Shown piece after piece: positions 44,613 to 56,822 of a stretch of 64,000 nt of DNA (position 1 is the stretch's first letter; each line of letters opens with the position of its first letter). The position numbers were made by a program, and so were the translations under genes. The DNA is from Eledone cirrhosa. Lineage: Eukaryota. The stretch lies in contig OZ024747.1 in the NCBI GenBank assembly GCA_964016885.1, forward strand, positions 62,744,001 through 62,808,000, in the 5' to 3' direction. The notes beneath the pieces were generated by a model. That model had not been told where the DNA came from, ran no database searches, and saw only the letters and a list, made by a program, of their open reading frames with translations.

Positions 44613-46834
44613 CTTTTATTAATCAAAAGTCCAGGTGGAAAAGGAGAGAGAAAGAGAGAAAAAAAAAAGGGGAGAAAAAAGGAGAGATGAAAGGAAAGAG
44701 AGGGAAAGGAGGGAGAACAGGGGGGCTCTTCCCTTCTCCTCCTCACTCTCGTTTTTTTCTCTTTCGCTATCCATGTATCACAAAATGTATATAGATACAT
44801 ATAGAGAGATACGTATATATACAAACATACATAAACTCTGATGATTATGTAGTATACATTTCATGATAGAAATGATTGAAAGAAATGTTTCGTATCTAAA
44901 ATCTCCTGGTCTTATCGCAGTCTCTACAATAAACCATCAATACTCTAATGTTAATATGACTACCAAATCTACTAATACTTACTACTGTATCTCAAATCAG
45001 TCACTTCACATATAAATCTTAACAAATAGTTATAGTTCAGTAATTCAGTGAAAAAAAAAATATCACAAAAAATTACCAAAAGTTTCATTTCCGCCATGGA
45101 AACTTTGTATAAATAATACTTTATTATAAAATTATGTTGAGATGAGAAGATCGATATATCTCAGACCAATCAATAATTTCTTCGAATGCCACGGTTGGGT
45201 AGGTAAAAGGAATCCTTTGCTAATTTATGTGACTGGAAGTATAGCTAAATGAACATATGAATAGAATGTGTTTCTTTTTTGTTTACTGTTTACTCGGCGC
45301 CTTCTAGATTGGTTGGAGGAAAGGAAGAAGATATCCTCAGATCTAACCCAAACGCTTACAACAGAGCAGTCTCTGCCAACAGACATTCCTGATCCAGACG
45401 ATTGTGTATAGCGGAACGACGTATGTCGACTACAATCGGATTGGAATTCAATAGACAACAAGCCAGAACAAATAGTTCAAGGTATTTCGTCGGGTACATC
45501 ATCAATTCCGATAGTTCAGTACACTAGGTTTGTTATATATTGTAATGACCCACAAAAGACGAACGGCGAAGATGATCTTAATTTGATCTCAAATTTGAAC
45601 GCAGGAATATATAAGAGATTTTTGCCTACGCTTTAACAAGACATTACCTACATATTATTTCTCTGAAGGCGGCTCAAACTCATCCAAACTCAATCTTTGG
45701 AAAACGGTATTTTTTCTAGGTTGTTTCCGTTGATTTAAAAAACAAAACAGAATTAGTCATTTAGTTAACATATTGAAACCCAAAGCCATCCTATTTATTT
45801 TATAACGTATGGGATTCCTAGTAATATACTTTTTTTGTCATGTATAATGTTTTTTTTTTTATGTCTAAAGAAAATTAATTTTCACAGGAATGCTACCAAT
45901 TAATCTATCTCCGTCGAAATTTTATTTTAACAAAATTTAATAAACGAGTGGGTGGAGAAAAATTTGAAAAATTAATAAGTGGTGGGAGGGACGACTACGA
46001 TTATTCGAGACCCGAAAGTAAAAGACAAGATCCATAACAGAGGATAACAACATAAAGTGAAGCTCTAGGTAAACACCTGAGATAAATTGTAGTGTATCTC
46101 ATACTCATTAGCTATGTCATTGTCGATATTTTCCACCTGATTTCTTTTCATTGCATCTTCCGTGTTATAAATAAATACACAAATACGCTGATATAATAGT
46201 TTTCTTATATTTCATTTTATCTCTCTTATATCAGAAACGTTATATGGTAAATGGCTGAAGTTAGCAACATTATTTTCCTTTGATCTTCGCTAAAAATTAA
46301 TAACTAAATATGTTTGTAATTTGACGCAATATACCTCGTTAACTGTGTTCATCTATAAACTGTTTAATGCCGACATATCGTTAAAGACAGACATATTCTA
46401 CAGTGATAAAACTATAATATTTACGCTATGAAACTACAACAGTTTCTATTATATAATATCATATACTGTAAAATGTAACGAGAAAAAAGTATGAGGTAAT
46501 TTTCTTACTTTATTATCACATTATTCCTAATAGTTAGAGGAAATCTGTCATACGGTATGTCGTGGGTTGTTTTAATAATCTGGTGGCGCCCATCACGCTC
46601 CAGGTTTAATCATAGTCGATTTCTCCCAGAGAGAGGGAAGAAGGGAATTGATCCAGTACTTGACCGGTAATTCATTCAGTGATCCCAGAAAGGAAGAATA
46701 GTAGCTTCTGTGGGAATTGAACTCAGTATATAACGTTGAAAGAGATAGAAGGCTAAACAATGCAAAAATGGACTGTAAGATGAGGTAAGTAAAAGTAAGT
46801 TACCTGGTAATCTTTTTTTTTTTGTTCTTTTCTC

Positions 46835-46876
46835 CGTCCAATATTTCGGGACTTAAAAGTCCCTTCTTCGGGGTTT
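46835..46876 (-). ncRNA. Degenerate minimal hammerhead motif
   Basis: - strand cc-CCGAAGA-a-GGGACUU-uu-AAGUCCC-GAAA-UAUU-gg (U4>C). Confidence 0.4.
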
Positions 46877-47992
46877 AAGGAACTTTCAGTGGATAATGTT
46901 CCAATTTTCTCTTTTTGGGATTAAATTTTGATTTGTCATAGCACCATCATTCTATGCAACACTTTAACTGCTTTGATAATTCGCTACCTACCAGCCAATA
47001 TCTGTTGATCTCTCTGATGGAAGTCAGAAACTATTGAACATAGACACCCATTTATTATCTTAACATTTACGATCACAGAATCCTTTCCAAAAAGAATACA
47101 TTAAAGAAATTTTACAGAAACTAACCCATATTGAATATTACATGCAGCGAGAGAAGCATTTACATGGTCACTTCACTTACTAGATATAGCAGCCAGTGTT
47201 CTGAGGCATAGAGTGACAATATTTGTGTTAATAAATGGCGTATACATTCATTTTCAAGTAAGATTTCTGCCGTTTAAAAACAATATAATAACATTGGAAT
47301 ATCAAAAAACATTTTGGAAGCAGACGATGATACAGAAGGAAAAGGATCTTATGTTTATAGCTATGTGGTGAAGGAAGTCGACATGTTTCAAATGTATTAA
47401 AATGTAGTGTCTATGGGTAATAAATCAACAATGAAAAAAAAACATTTAAAAGGGAGATGAAATATAAAACTTATGACTGTATATGAGAGAAATTGTGTAG
47501 AGGGAAAATGTATGGAATTACATATGATGGACTATCTAATTCAAAGGAGCAACTGTATCCAGGAGTGGATTTACACCTTTGGGGACCCGAGGCACTTCAG
47601 CAAACCCCACAAACCCCACAATTTTACATATCAAAGTTAGCTTGGCGCAAGTAATTGGAATTAAGAAGTTATACATACAGGTATTAAATTCAAAAATTCT
47701 AACCATCCTAAAACTAAAAAAACCCAGGTAAGGGCAAACATAATTGCCACCTTTACCCCCTCCCCCCCTCCGATAAATCCATCCCTGACAGCATCACTTC
47801 TACATTGCCACATTGAATTTTCCCGAGAATTAATTTAATGGTACATGTGTTTGTAGAATCCCCAGCCATTTACACATTAACTTTATATAAGCTGGCAATA
47901 ACTTAGATCGAACAGCTAGACTGCTCATCGCTGAAACCGACGGCAGTCGATCCATCGATTTATAGATGTATTTATTCATTTGATAGTTAATG

Positions 47993-48140
47993 TCACTGTT
48001 AGTTCAAATTTCATCGAGGTCAACTTTGCCTTTCATTCATTCGAGGTCGATAAAATAAAGTACCAGTCATGTACTGGATTTGATGTAATCAACTTTGCCC
48101 TTTCCCAAATTTGCTGAACTTGTGCCTATATTAAAACATC
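47993..48140 (+). mobile_element. SINE (3' two-thirds)
   Basis: gttcaaat...gaggtcaactttgcctttcat...gtcgataaaataaagtaccagt. Confidence 0.75.
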
Positions 48141-48163
48141 AATATTTTATCACTTTCTTTTGT

Positions 48164-48310
48164 GAAGGCGTGTGGCTGAGTGGTTAGAGAATTGGATTCA
48201 CAATCCTGAGGTTGTGAGTTCAATTCCTGGACCGGACGATGTGTTATGTCCTTGAGCAAGACACTTTCACGTTGCTCCTTCTACCTGGAGTTGCGACCGA
48301 TAGATAATAC
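48164..48310 (+). mobile_element. Second tRNA-derived SINE family (head and body)
   Basis: A box tggctgagtgg, B box gttcaattc, then gtccttgagcaagacact; homologous to 55760-55910. Confidence 0.75.
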
Positions 48311-48542
48311 TAGCAACTGGAAAGACCAACGGAAACATTGTTTTCGGTCTGATTTGACGAAAGTCGATCGATCCATTTTTTTGCACAGTACTGGTAATAA
48401 AAGTGCACACTCTCGCTTCTTTTTCTGTTAACTACTCCTCCATCTGCAACAGAAAAAACCTCCTACACTTCTCTTACAGATAAATAATAATATAACGACG
48501 TGGAATTAACCAACAGTTGTCATCTACGCCTGTTAAAACTCA

Positions 48543-48594
<52 letters not shown>

Positions 48595-49061
48595 GACATT
48601 CTTTTATTTTATTTTCGCTGACACGTCGTTACTGCTATTTCTCTGTGAATTGCTGCTTTAAAATGGATTACATCAAATCTTGTTGTTAACGGAACACTCA
48701 TCTTGTTGATAAATATCTGGACAGTGAAATTAAATGCCATTTGAAAAAAAGCGTGAATGTGATCCAGCGTTAGAGAATATCTTGCTTTTGTCATTTGTAT
48801 TATTTTAATTTTTAGCTTTTCCTATTTATATTTTACATTAATTCGGTTTTTCATTGTAATGTTACTTTTGCAGATATTGAATTTCATCCGATTGTATCGA
48901 GTCAGATATAAATGTAATCACATAGGAGTAGTTAAAGCGAAAATAAACCACGTTGGTGGAATGTAATTTAGCAAGTTGGACGGATGAAACAAAATGATGC
49001 TGTAACACATTTCGTCAAAGATTATTCTTCTCACTAAAATGCCTTACGTTTGCGATATTTA

Positions 49062-49272
49062 TTTCTAATTTGCGCACAGGGTCAGCAATTTCAAGTGAGG
49101 AAAGGCCAATCAAATCGACCCCAGTATTTGACTGGTACTTTATTTCATCGCATCGAAAGGATAAAAAGCAAAGTTAACATCGGTGGGATTTGATTTAGAA
49201 AAGTAACGAGTCGGAGCAAATATCGCAAAGCATTTTATCCGGTGCTCGTGCAGTTCTACTAATCCATCGTCT
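49062..49272 (-). mobile_element. Diverged SINE
   Basis: atcgaccccagtatttgactggtactttatttcatcg...aaaggataaaaagcaaagttaac. Confidence 0.75.
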
Positions 49273-49334
49273 TTTACATTTGAGGTATCAATATTTAAAT
49301 GTGTGTATTATTAGACATGCACCGGTTCTGACGA

Positions 49335-49590
49335 GGAATATCCCAGTTAGTTGACCAACGGAACAGCCTGCTTGTGAAATTAACGTGTAATTAGCTCTTC
49401 ATTCCACAAACACGTGTGTCTTCAAAGTAATTTTCAGGAGGATAGTATGTGAGAGAAGCCCTCATCTTACCAGCGGTGTGGACTGGAGCGACGCGAAATA
49501 AAGCTGCTTGCTCACGGACAAAACACATCGCCGGAAATCGAGCTCGCCACTGTAATATCGTGAACTGAACACCCTAAAAACCAAGTCAGA
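49335..49590 (-). mobile_element. Probable SINE of the second family, reverse orientation
   Basis: cttgctcacggaca (reverse of tgtccttgagcaag) and aacaccctaa...cca (reverse of tggttagagtgtt). Confidence 0.45.
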
Positions 49591-49999
49591 CACCATAACA
49601 TTTAAATAAGGATGTAACATATCTTTCTCTCTGTCTCTGTCTCGGTGTCTTAAAACCAGTTCATTTGGCTTTTGCTGACAGTAAACAGGATTATATGCAC
49701 TCTCGTAACGTTGAAATTCTGAGTTGCTATCCGACCCGTACGTGTGAAAGGAAGAGTAATAAAGTATGAGGCAACTAACCTCTAACCTTCAGTACTTAAA
49801 TTTCTGCAGAATCGACGTGAGTTAACAGATGCTCCCTACGGAGAGAGGGCCTAACTTTGTAGAGGGTACTTTGCAATATTTAGTTTGATTCCAATTCCAC
49901 TGGTGCTGTCATTTCTCTTCATCGAATATGTCTCAATAAAATATATACCAGTAATATTCTACCTACTGTCTGTACAATCCAGCCACATTATTATCCAAT

Positions 50000-50214
50000 G
50001 GTGGTGGATTAGCAGTATCGGTAGAGCGTCGGACAACATGCTTCGCAGCATAGAGTTACGACCCTTTACGTTCTGTTTTCAAATCCCACTGGAGTTAGTT
50101 TTGCCTTTCATCCTTACGGGTCGATAAGAAAAAGTACCTGTCACGCACTGGGGTCGATTTAATCGACTTTCCCATCCCCCCAAAATTGCTGGCCTTGTGC
50201 CTATAGTAGAAATC
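50000..50214 (+). mobile_element. Full-length tRNA-derived SINE with ~15-bp TSD
   Basis: TSD cattatta(t/a)ccaatg at 49986 and 50214; A-box-like tagcagtatcggtag, B-box-like ttcaaatcc. Confidence 0.88.
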
Positions 50215-50789
50215 ATTATTAACCAATGTAAGAAATCATTCTAAATATTCAAATAAAAGTGAATGGATTGCCATCCAAAATGTGAATGAGGTTGACTAAA
50301 TATTTTACAGTTCAAATGCTATCAAATTTTCCCATAACTCCCGCAGGATCAATGAAATACTGGCTCGTTATGTACTGTTATATAGTCACTCAATGAATTT
50401 ACAATTCCTTTACAGTTCTCAGGCCTTGTGTTAATTCGGAAATGAAAGAAAACTAAAGTATTAAAAAGAAAACAAAATTGAACCAATAACGTAATTTTAT
50501 ATTACCATTTATCTATTTCTTTGCCTAATTTGATATAAAGAAACTATTTTTCTCTGCTCTCTTTAGAAATATCAATCTACCTGGCCCCCGCCCATCCCTC
50601 ACCACCTCGCTCATCTTTTCTATCTCTTTAGATGTGACAACTGGAAGGTGATATTCCAATATCCAACTTAACTATATGTCAAACCTGCTGAATGCCCATT
50701 GTATTATTATACATTACAATTCACGTCGTATAGATAGATAAAAGTAATTTTAGTTAAGATGAACATAAACGTACATTTATTAGAACAGT

Positions 50790-51710
50790 GTAGGTGGTGG
50801 TATTGTTGTGGTACTGGTGAGGATGGAAGCCATCGTTGTGGTGGACGGATGGATGGATGGATGGATACTGGTTATGGAGATGATGCTTCTAGTAATGGAC
50901 GGGTAAATTGGTGGTGGTGGTGGTGGTGATAGTGGATGGATGGATGAGCGGTGGTAGTGGTGGTTCTAGTAATGGACGGGTAAATTGGTGGTGGTGGTGG
51001 TGGTGATAGTGGATGGATGGATGAGCGGTGGTAGTGGTGGTTCTAGTAATGGACGGGTAAATTGGTGGTGGTGGTGGGAGTGCATGAATGAGCGGTGGCA
51101 ATGGTGATGGTGGTGGCGTGGGGATGCATGAATGAACGGCGTCAGTGATGGTTCTAGATGTTTCTAGTAATGGACGGGTAAATTGGTGGTGGTGGTGGTG
51201 GTGGTGGGAGTGCATGAATGAGCGGTGGCAATGGTGATGGTGGTGGCGTGGGGATGCATGAATGAACGGTGTCAGTGATGGTTCTAGATGTTTCTAGTAA
51301 TGGACGGGTAAATTGGTGGTGGTGGTGGTGGGAGTGCATGAATGAGCGGTGGCAATGGTGATGGTGGAGGCGTGGGGATGCATGAATGAACGGCGTCAGT
51401 GATGGTTCTAGATGTTTCTAGTAATGGACGGGTAAATTGGTGGTGGTGGTGGTGGTGGTGGTGGGAGTGCATGAATGAGCGGTGGCAATGGTGATGGTGG
51501 TGGCGTGGGGATGCATGAATGAACGGCGTCAGTGATGGTTCTAGATGTGTTTCTAGTAATGGACGGGTAAATTGATGATGGGAGATGCATGAATGAACAG
51601 TGGTACTGGCGGTGATGGTTCAAGTGGAGATTCTAACGATGGATAGATGGTGATGGTGATTCTACTGGTGATGGCGGTGGATGGTTGAATGGGTAGTGGT
51701 AGGTGGAAGG
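50790..51710. repeat. GGT-rich minisatellite, ~78- and ~120-133-bp units
   Basis: ttctagtaatggacgggtaaatt(ggt)n...gcatgaatgagcggtggcaatggtgatgg repeated about 7 times. Confidence 0.9.
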
Positions 51711-52620
51711 TGAAATATATTTATTTTCTGTTTCACTTTATCAATGACTAGTGATATGTATCCAGCTAAAATACATTGGACAGCAACTCACTGATTTATT
51801 GATTCAGAATAATGCTAAGTTGCAGTTGCAATTTCGTGCACAAAAAGAACATGTCCAATATGATAGGAGTGGATTCTCATCAGTGCACAATACACCTATC
51901 AGCTTCCACTTCTTGCCATCAATTCAAATTAACATTACGTGCAGCAGGAGAGCTTTGTGTCTTTAGAAAAGCCTAATAACAGAGGAATGACAACTACACT
52001 ATACTGCCAGTTTAGGTGCAGGAATATTGTAGCTGCTTAAATATAGATGTATCAGAGATTGTGTAGTTGAATGTTAGTCACATATCTATTCGTTTCTCAG
52101 AAGTTCAATTCACTTCTTAGCATTGTGTGTTTAGGTGCAGCAATATTGTAGCTAGTTAAATCTAGATGTATCAGAGATTTAACAAGCGAACGTTATTCAG
52201 CTTTGTTCTTTATTCAGAAGCTCAATTCAACTGTTGACAGTGTTAATGAATGCGAGTAGAAATATTTATTCTGTATTATCTCATTCCACTGAGACTTTGA
52301 GGGTATATCATAAGAATATATATAGCTATCAAACCTGCATTCACAAATCATCTATGTGCATCATACCATTGCATCTGGACACTTTTTGTGATGGTTAACA
52401 TTCAATAATAACCCATTCCACATTTACCTTATCTTTCACAGGCCTCCTACACAAAATGGCCACCTTTCTCCATATTGAAAGTGCTGAACCATGAATAGCT
52501 GGTATCAACTACAAGGACTTTGTTTTCTATTTGATGCATGAGACCTCATATTAATTCCATGTACTTCCTCAGTCGAGGACGTTGCTATAATATAAATATT
52601 CTAGTATTAATTTGAAGCAA

Positions 52621-52835
52621 AGGTAGAGGATTTTCAGTATCGGTAGAGCATCGAACGCCATGCTACGCAGCATAGAGTTACGGTTCTTTACGTTCTGATT
52701 TAAATTCCCGCTGAGGTTAACTTTGCTTTCATCCTTACGGGGGTCGATAAAATAAAGTACCAGTAATGCACTGGGATCGATTTAATCGACTTTCTCCTTC
52801 CCCAAAATTGTTAGCCTTGTGCCTAAATTAGAAAC
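52621..52835 (+). mobile_element. Full-length tRNA-derived SINE with 16-bp TSD
   Basis: Exact TSD tattaatttgaagcaa at 52605-52620 and 52836-52851. Confidence 0.9.
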
Positions 52836-54559
52836 TATTAATTTGAAGCAATGATAGACACTATTGACACAATTGGTAGAGTGTAGGATAAAATACCATA
52901 TAACATTAGTACAGCACATTAGATAGTAATTACATATCAATGTTAAGTTTCGCCATGTTACAGGTTAATTTCCAGCTCTAGGTTCTTAATGCTTTGATTC
53001 TCACTATATATGAGGATATTTATAAGTTTGGAAGCTGTGGGTCAAGATTGTTTATGATTGACCTTTTTAGATAACAGGTTGAATTTTCGTTGAAAAATCT
53101 CTTAAATGCTATTGTTTTCCCAAACGTTTTCCTTCAAACTCAGAATGCGTCATATACACCAGTCCGTCTTATAACCCTCAAAATGCTGCACGTAAATATC
53201 AAATTGACCCAATACAATGGACCTCAACCAGTTTCAACGAAGTGTGTTCCAGTTTCTCCAAGTTAAATTCATACAATCTATTCAATAGTGGAAACAGATA
53301 CCATCTACATAATTCCAGAAGAATGCAGGAGTCAACCTAAGGTTATATTAGAAGACATTTATCCAACACACTACAGAGTGGGTTTGGACAAGGAACTCCG
53401 TGAATGCAAAGACCACTCTTTAACTATTCTACAATAGAAAATATATAAAATGTTTCTATGTTTTCATATCAATCTGCTTCCTTGGTCATTACATTTTGAA
53501 TATTCTTATCTAAATTAACCTGCACATCTTTAAATGGAATTCCTAGCAAGAAGAAGACCAATATAGAAGAATCTCTCGATTTATTTCTTCGATTCTGTTT
53601 AGATTACAGAATAACCCTTTAAACATTCTTCAATATATTACTTTCCGAAGTATTGCCTACCTTTTCATGCTAGCTTCCTTGATCTTATTATTTAATTCAA
53701 AAATATATCACACACACACACACACACACACACACGTGTGTGTATGTGTACGTGCAAATATATATATGTGTGTGTGCGCGTGCGCACAATCGTATATATT
53801 ATAAATGTAGATTTTTCTATCCTTCTCTCTCTGTACACAGAGACACACACATAACTGTGTACACATGTTTAAACAGTTGTGTATGTTTATATACAGCATA
53901 CATTCAAATATTCCAAATCGCATATGTGTGTCTAGATGTGTGTGTGTGTGTGTGTCTAGATGTGTGTGTGTGTGTGTGTGTGTGTGTCTAGATGTGCTTG
54001 TATGTGTGCAAAACTAGCTGTGTATGTATTTCCTAATTCACTTCATTTCTTGCTCATTCTTTTTAAAAGTAGTTTTCTCTATATTCCCTCATTTGATTAT
54101 TAAGCCTCTCTCAGTAACAATCTCTCTCTCTCTCACACACATACACACAACGAACGAATGATATACCCACTCCTATTCATCTTCTCTATGTACGTGGGGG
54201 GGGGGGGGGAGACGTTTTCATGGAGGTAGAGTTAAATTATTTGGTATTCGTTGTTGGCAAACAGCTTTGTGTTATGGACAATTGCTTTTACGAAACTTTC
54301 CAATGAATTGCATGAGTATACTGTCCCTATTTTCAATATCGATTCATTACGCTTAAACACCGAAACATGTCGTCTGCCCTCACCAGCTGACTGTAAACAC
54401 AAAATGCTCTTCCTTCTGCATCGTCTGCTTTTTCCAAAATGATTTTCATAGTCACATTTTATTACCAATTAATACATTGATTTTCAAAGACAGAAATCGA
54501 ACTTGATAATGATTGCATACATCATTTATTTACACAAATATTGTGCTTTATATCTAGAA

Positions 54560-54986
54560 CAGTGGTTTCCAACTTTTAAAGGATCTATTTATTTCACAAG
54601 CCTATATTATAAACTAACAATAAACCAGTTTTCTCCGTTAAATAAATGGTAGTATTAAACAAAACTGAATAATGAGATGGTTCATTAATGACAGTACTTT
54701 ATGGGGTCTATAAAATAAAGTACCAGTAATACACTGGGTATTTGCTGGCCTTGTGCCAAAAGTAGAAACAATTAATGACAGATAGTTTTAATTGGATATC
54801 AGGTGCTAAAAGCATCTGAAAATAGACTATTTCTGTAGATTCGGAAATGATTTAATAAGTTTGTAAGTTTATGTTTATCAGTCAGTCTCTTATTATGAGA
54901 TTTTGAACTTATTTCCAGGTTCCAAGTACTACCTCCGTGGTTCGCAGATACATGGCGTTCTGTGAACTAAATGTTGGGAACTGTTG
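54560..54986. mobile_element. Possible old non-autonomous hAT (Charlie-like) element
   Basis: cagtggtttccaac ... gttgggaactgttg imperfect TIRs; TSD not clean. Confidence 0.3.
54695..54770 (+). mobile_element. 5'-truncated SINE with 11-bp TSD
   Basis: TSD attaatgacag at 54684-54694 and 54771-54781. Confidence 0.8.
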
Positions 54987-55759
54987 ACTCGGAATATAAA
55001 TTTCCAGTAAAGATTTTAGCAATGAGGTTTTACGTCATGCCTTTTCTCCAGTTTCGTTTTAATAAAATACAAGATTTACCATAAATTCTATATGATGTAT
55101 ACGTTTCGTTACAACACTTTTTAAAACTTTATGTTTAAGCCATAACTGTATTTACAGAAGCATAAATCAGGGCCAATTTCTAGTATTTAACCAAAGGGGA
55201 TTTACATTGAATAAACATGAAGTCTATTCTAAATGATATTACGTTTTGATTTTTCATTCAGCAAATTGACATGTTAAATGTATTTGAATTAGATTTACCT
55301 TGAGGCAGTAGCTAATAATAATATTCTATATTTTACCATGTTCCGATGATTAAACAGATAAAAGAAGTATTTCTGTTGACAATGTGTTAAATATTCACCT
55401 TTAAAGCTTTATATTCGGTCAGAATACAGGATAGTGTGCGTTCAAAACCGAGTGAACATTAGGATGACTTCTCAAATTTAGTCTTGTCCGTCATTTCAGG
55501 TGCCGAGTTCAAATACTAAATCTGCCTTCCAATTATTGATTCTACTGTATATTTGTATTCGTACATATGAATATACATATGAATATATACATATGAATAT
55601 ATATATATAGATGTAGTGTAGTGTGTGTGTAGTTTCGGAGTTACCAGCTTAGACAAGGCAAACCAGTGTTCAGCTTAGTACTTGAGTGATGGTATTCCGA
55701 CTTACTGCCATGTCGATGTGTATGTATGTATCTGTACATGTTTATATATGTATATAAAT

Positions 55760-55910
55760 GAAGGCACGCGGTTTAGTGGTTAGAGTGTTGGATTCACAAT
55801 CGGGAGCTTGCGAGTTCGATTCCAGGACCGCGTGATGCGTTCTGTCCTTGAGCAAGACACGTTATTTCACGTAGCTCAAATTCTCACAACTGTAGAAAAG
55901 GCTTGCAACG
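55760..55910 (+). mobile_element. Second-family tRNA-derived SINE, 3'-truncated
   Basis: ggtttagtggttagagtgttggattcacaa...gttcgattcc...gtccttgagcaagacac. Confidence 0.75.
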
Positions 55911-55911
55911 T

Positions 55912-55938
55912 GTTACCTCCGATTCAACCCGGAATAAC

Positions 55939-55972
<34 letters not shown>

Positions 55973-56143
55973 GTTATTCCGGGTTGAATCGGAGGTAACC
56001 ACAGTAAGTAAGGTACTCAATACATTGCAGAGTATAAAAGTTTTAATATAGATGAGATTCTACAGGACTAGAACTGTTTCATTCTTTAGAAATCATCTAA
56101 AGAATGAAACAGTTCTAGTCCTGTAGAATCTCATCTATATTAA

Positions 56144-56150
<7 letters not shown>
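55912..56150 (-). mobile_element. PLE terminal fragment with two perfect palindromes (55912-55999; 56039-56147)
   Basis: Family terminus ccgggttgaatcggaggtaaccacagtaagtaaggtactcaatac; 52-bp arms around aatca. Confidence 0.75.
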
Positions 56151-56180
<30 letters not shown>

Positions 56181-56189
56181 CATATGTAT

Positions 56190-56422
56190 ATACACAGTTC
56201 AAGAGTAACCAATCTTAAAGAGAGAGATGGAGATAGGAGAGGAGATATGAGAGGAGAGATTGGTGAATTAGTTAGAAGCCAAAAGCGTAAAGGCATGTGC
56301 TCAATGTGCAGTATGCAGTAGAAAACTACTAGGTGGCTGGGTTCATGCAGAAGTTAGGTGCGCAGAGCTGGAAATATTCATTAGTTAAGCAATATAAGAC
56401 CACAAATTTCACAAGGAAGACA
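56190..56422 (-). mobile_element. Possible degenerate Penelope RT fragment
   Basis: - strand translation LVKFVVLYCLTNEYFQLCAPNF loosely resembles the PLE RT segment L..CL.NNYF.F. Confidence 0.3.
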
Positions 56423-56423
56423 A

Positions 56424-56510
56424 TATTGTTTTCTACTTTAGGCACAAGGCCAGCAAATACCCAGTGTATTACTGGTTCTTTATTTTATCGACCCTGTAAG
56501 GATGAAAAAA
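56424..56510 (-). mobile_element. SINE 3' half
   Basis: tttctactttaggcacaaggccagcaaatacccagtgtattactgg...tatcgaccctgtaaggatgaaa. Confidence 0.8.
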
Positions 56511-56822
56511 GATTGTCAACATATTTTAGTTTGATGTAAGGAATGTAGAGAATAATAATAATAATAATGATTTCATTTATTGGCCACAAGGGCCGACATA
56601 TAGGGGACAACACAATAGACAGGGACAGTGGGGGTTTACATAGAGATCGAGTAAGTATAAATAACAAAAAAAACAAAATAACAATAAAAATACAACAATG
56701 AAAGTTCCCCAATAAGAGGGATCACCACCCAGGGTTGACTCAAGCACCCCACCAGTCCTGAGCCACCCGACGCTCCTAGGGCACCCGGGAAGGGCACCCC
56801 TCTCCTTCTCGAATTCACCAGC

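Noticed and set aside
45940-46021. Possible Tc1/mariner-type TIR end (attcgagacccgaaagta)
   Set aside because: No matching opposite TIR or transposase found
54232-54468. Possible - strand exon after tgtttacag
   Set aside because: No recognisable homology and no partner exons seen
48164-55835. tRNA genes at 48164 and 55760 (CAC anticodon-like loop)
   Set aside because: Both continue into a shared SINE body (gtccttgagcaagacac) and have imperfect cloverleaf stems, so they are SINE heads
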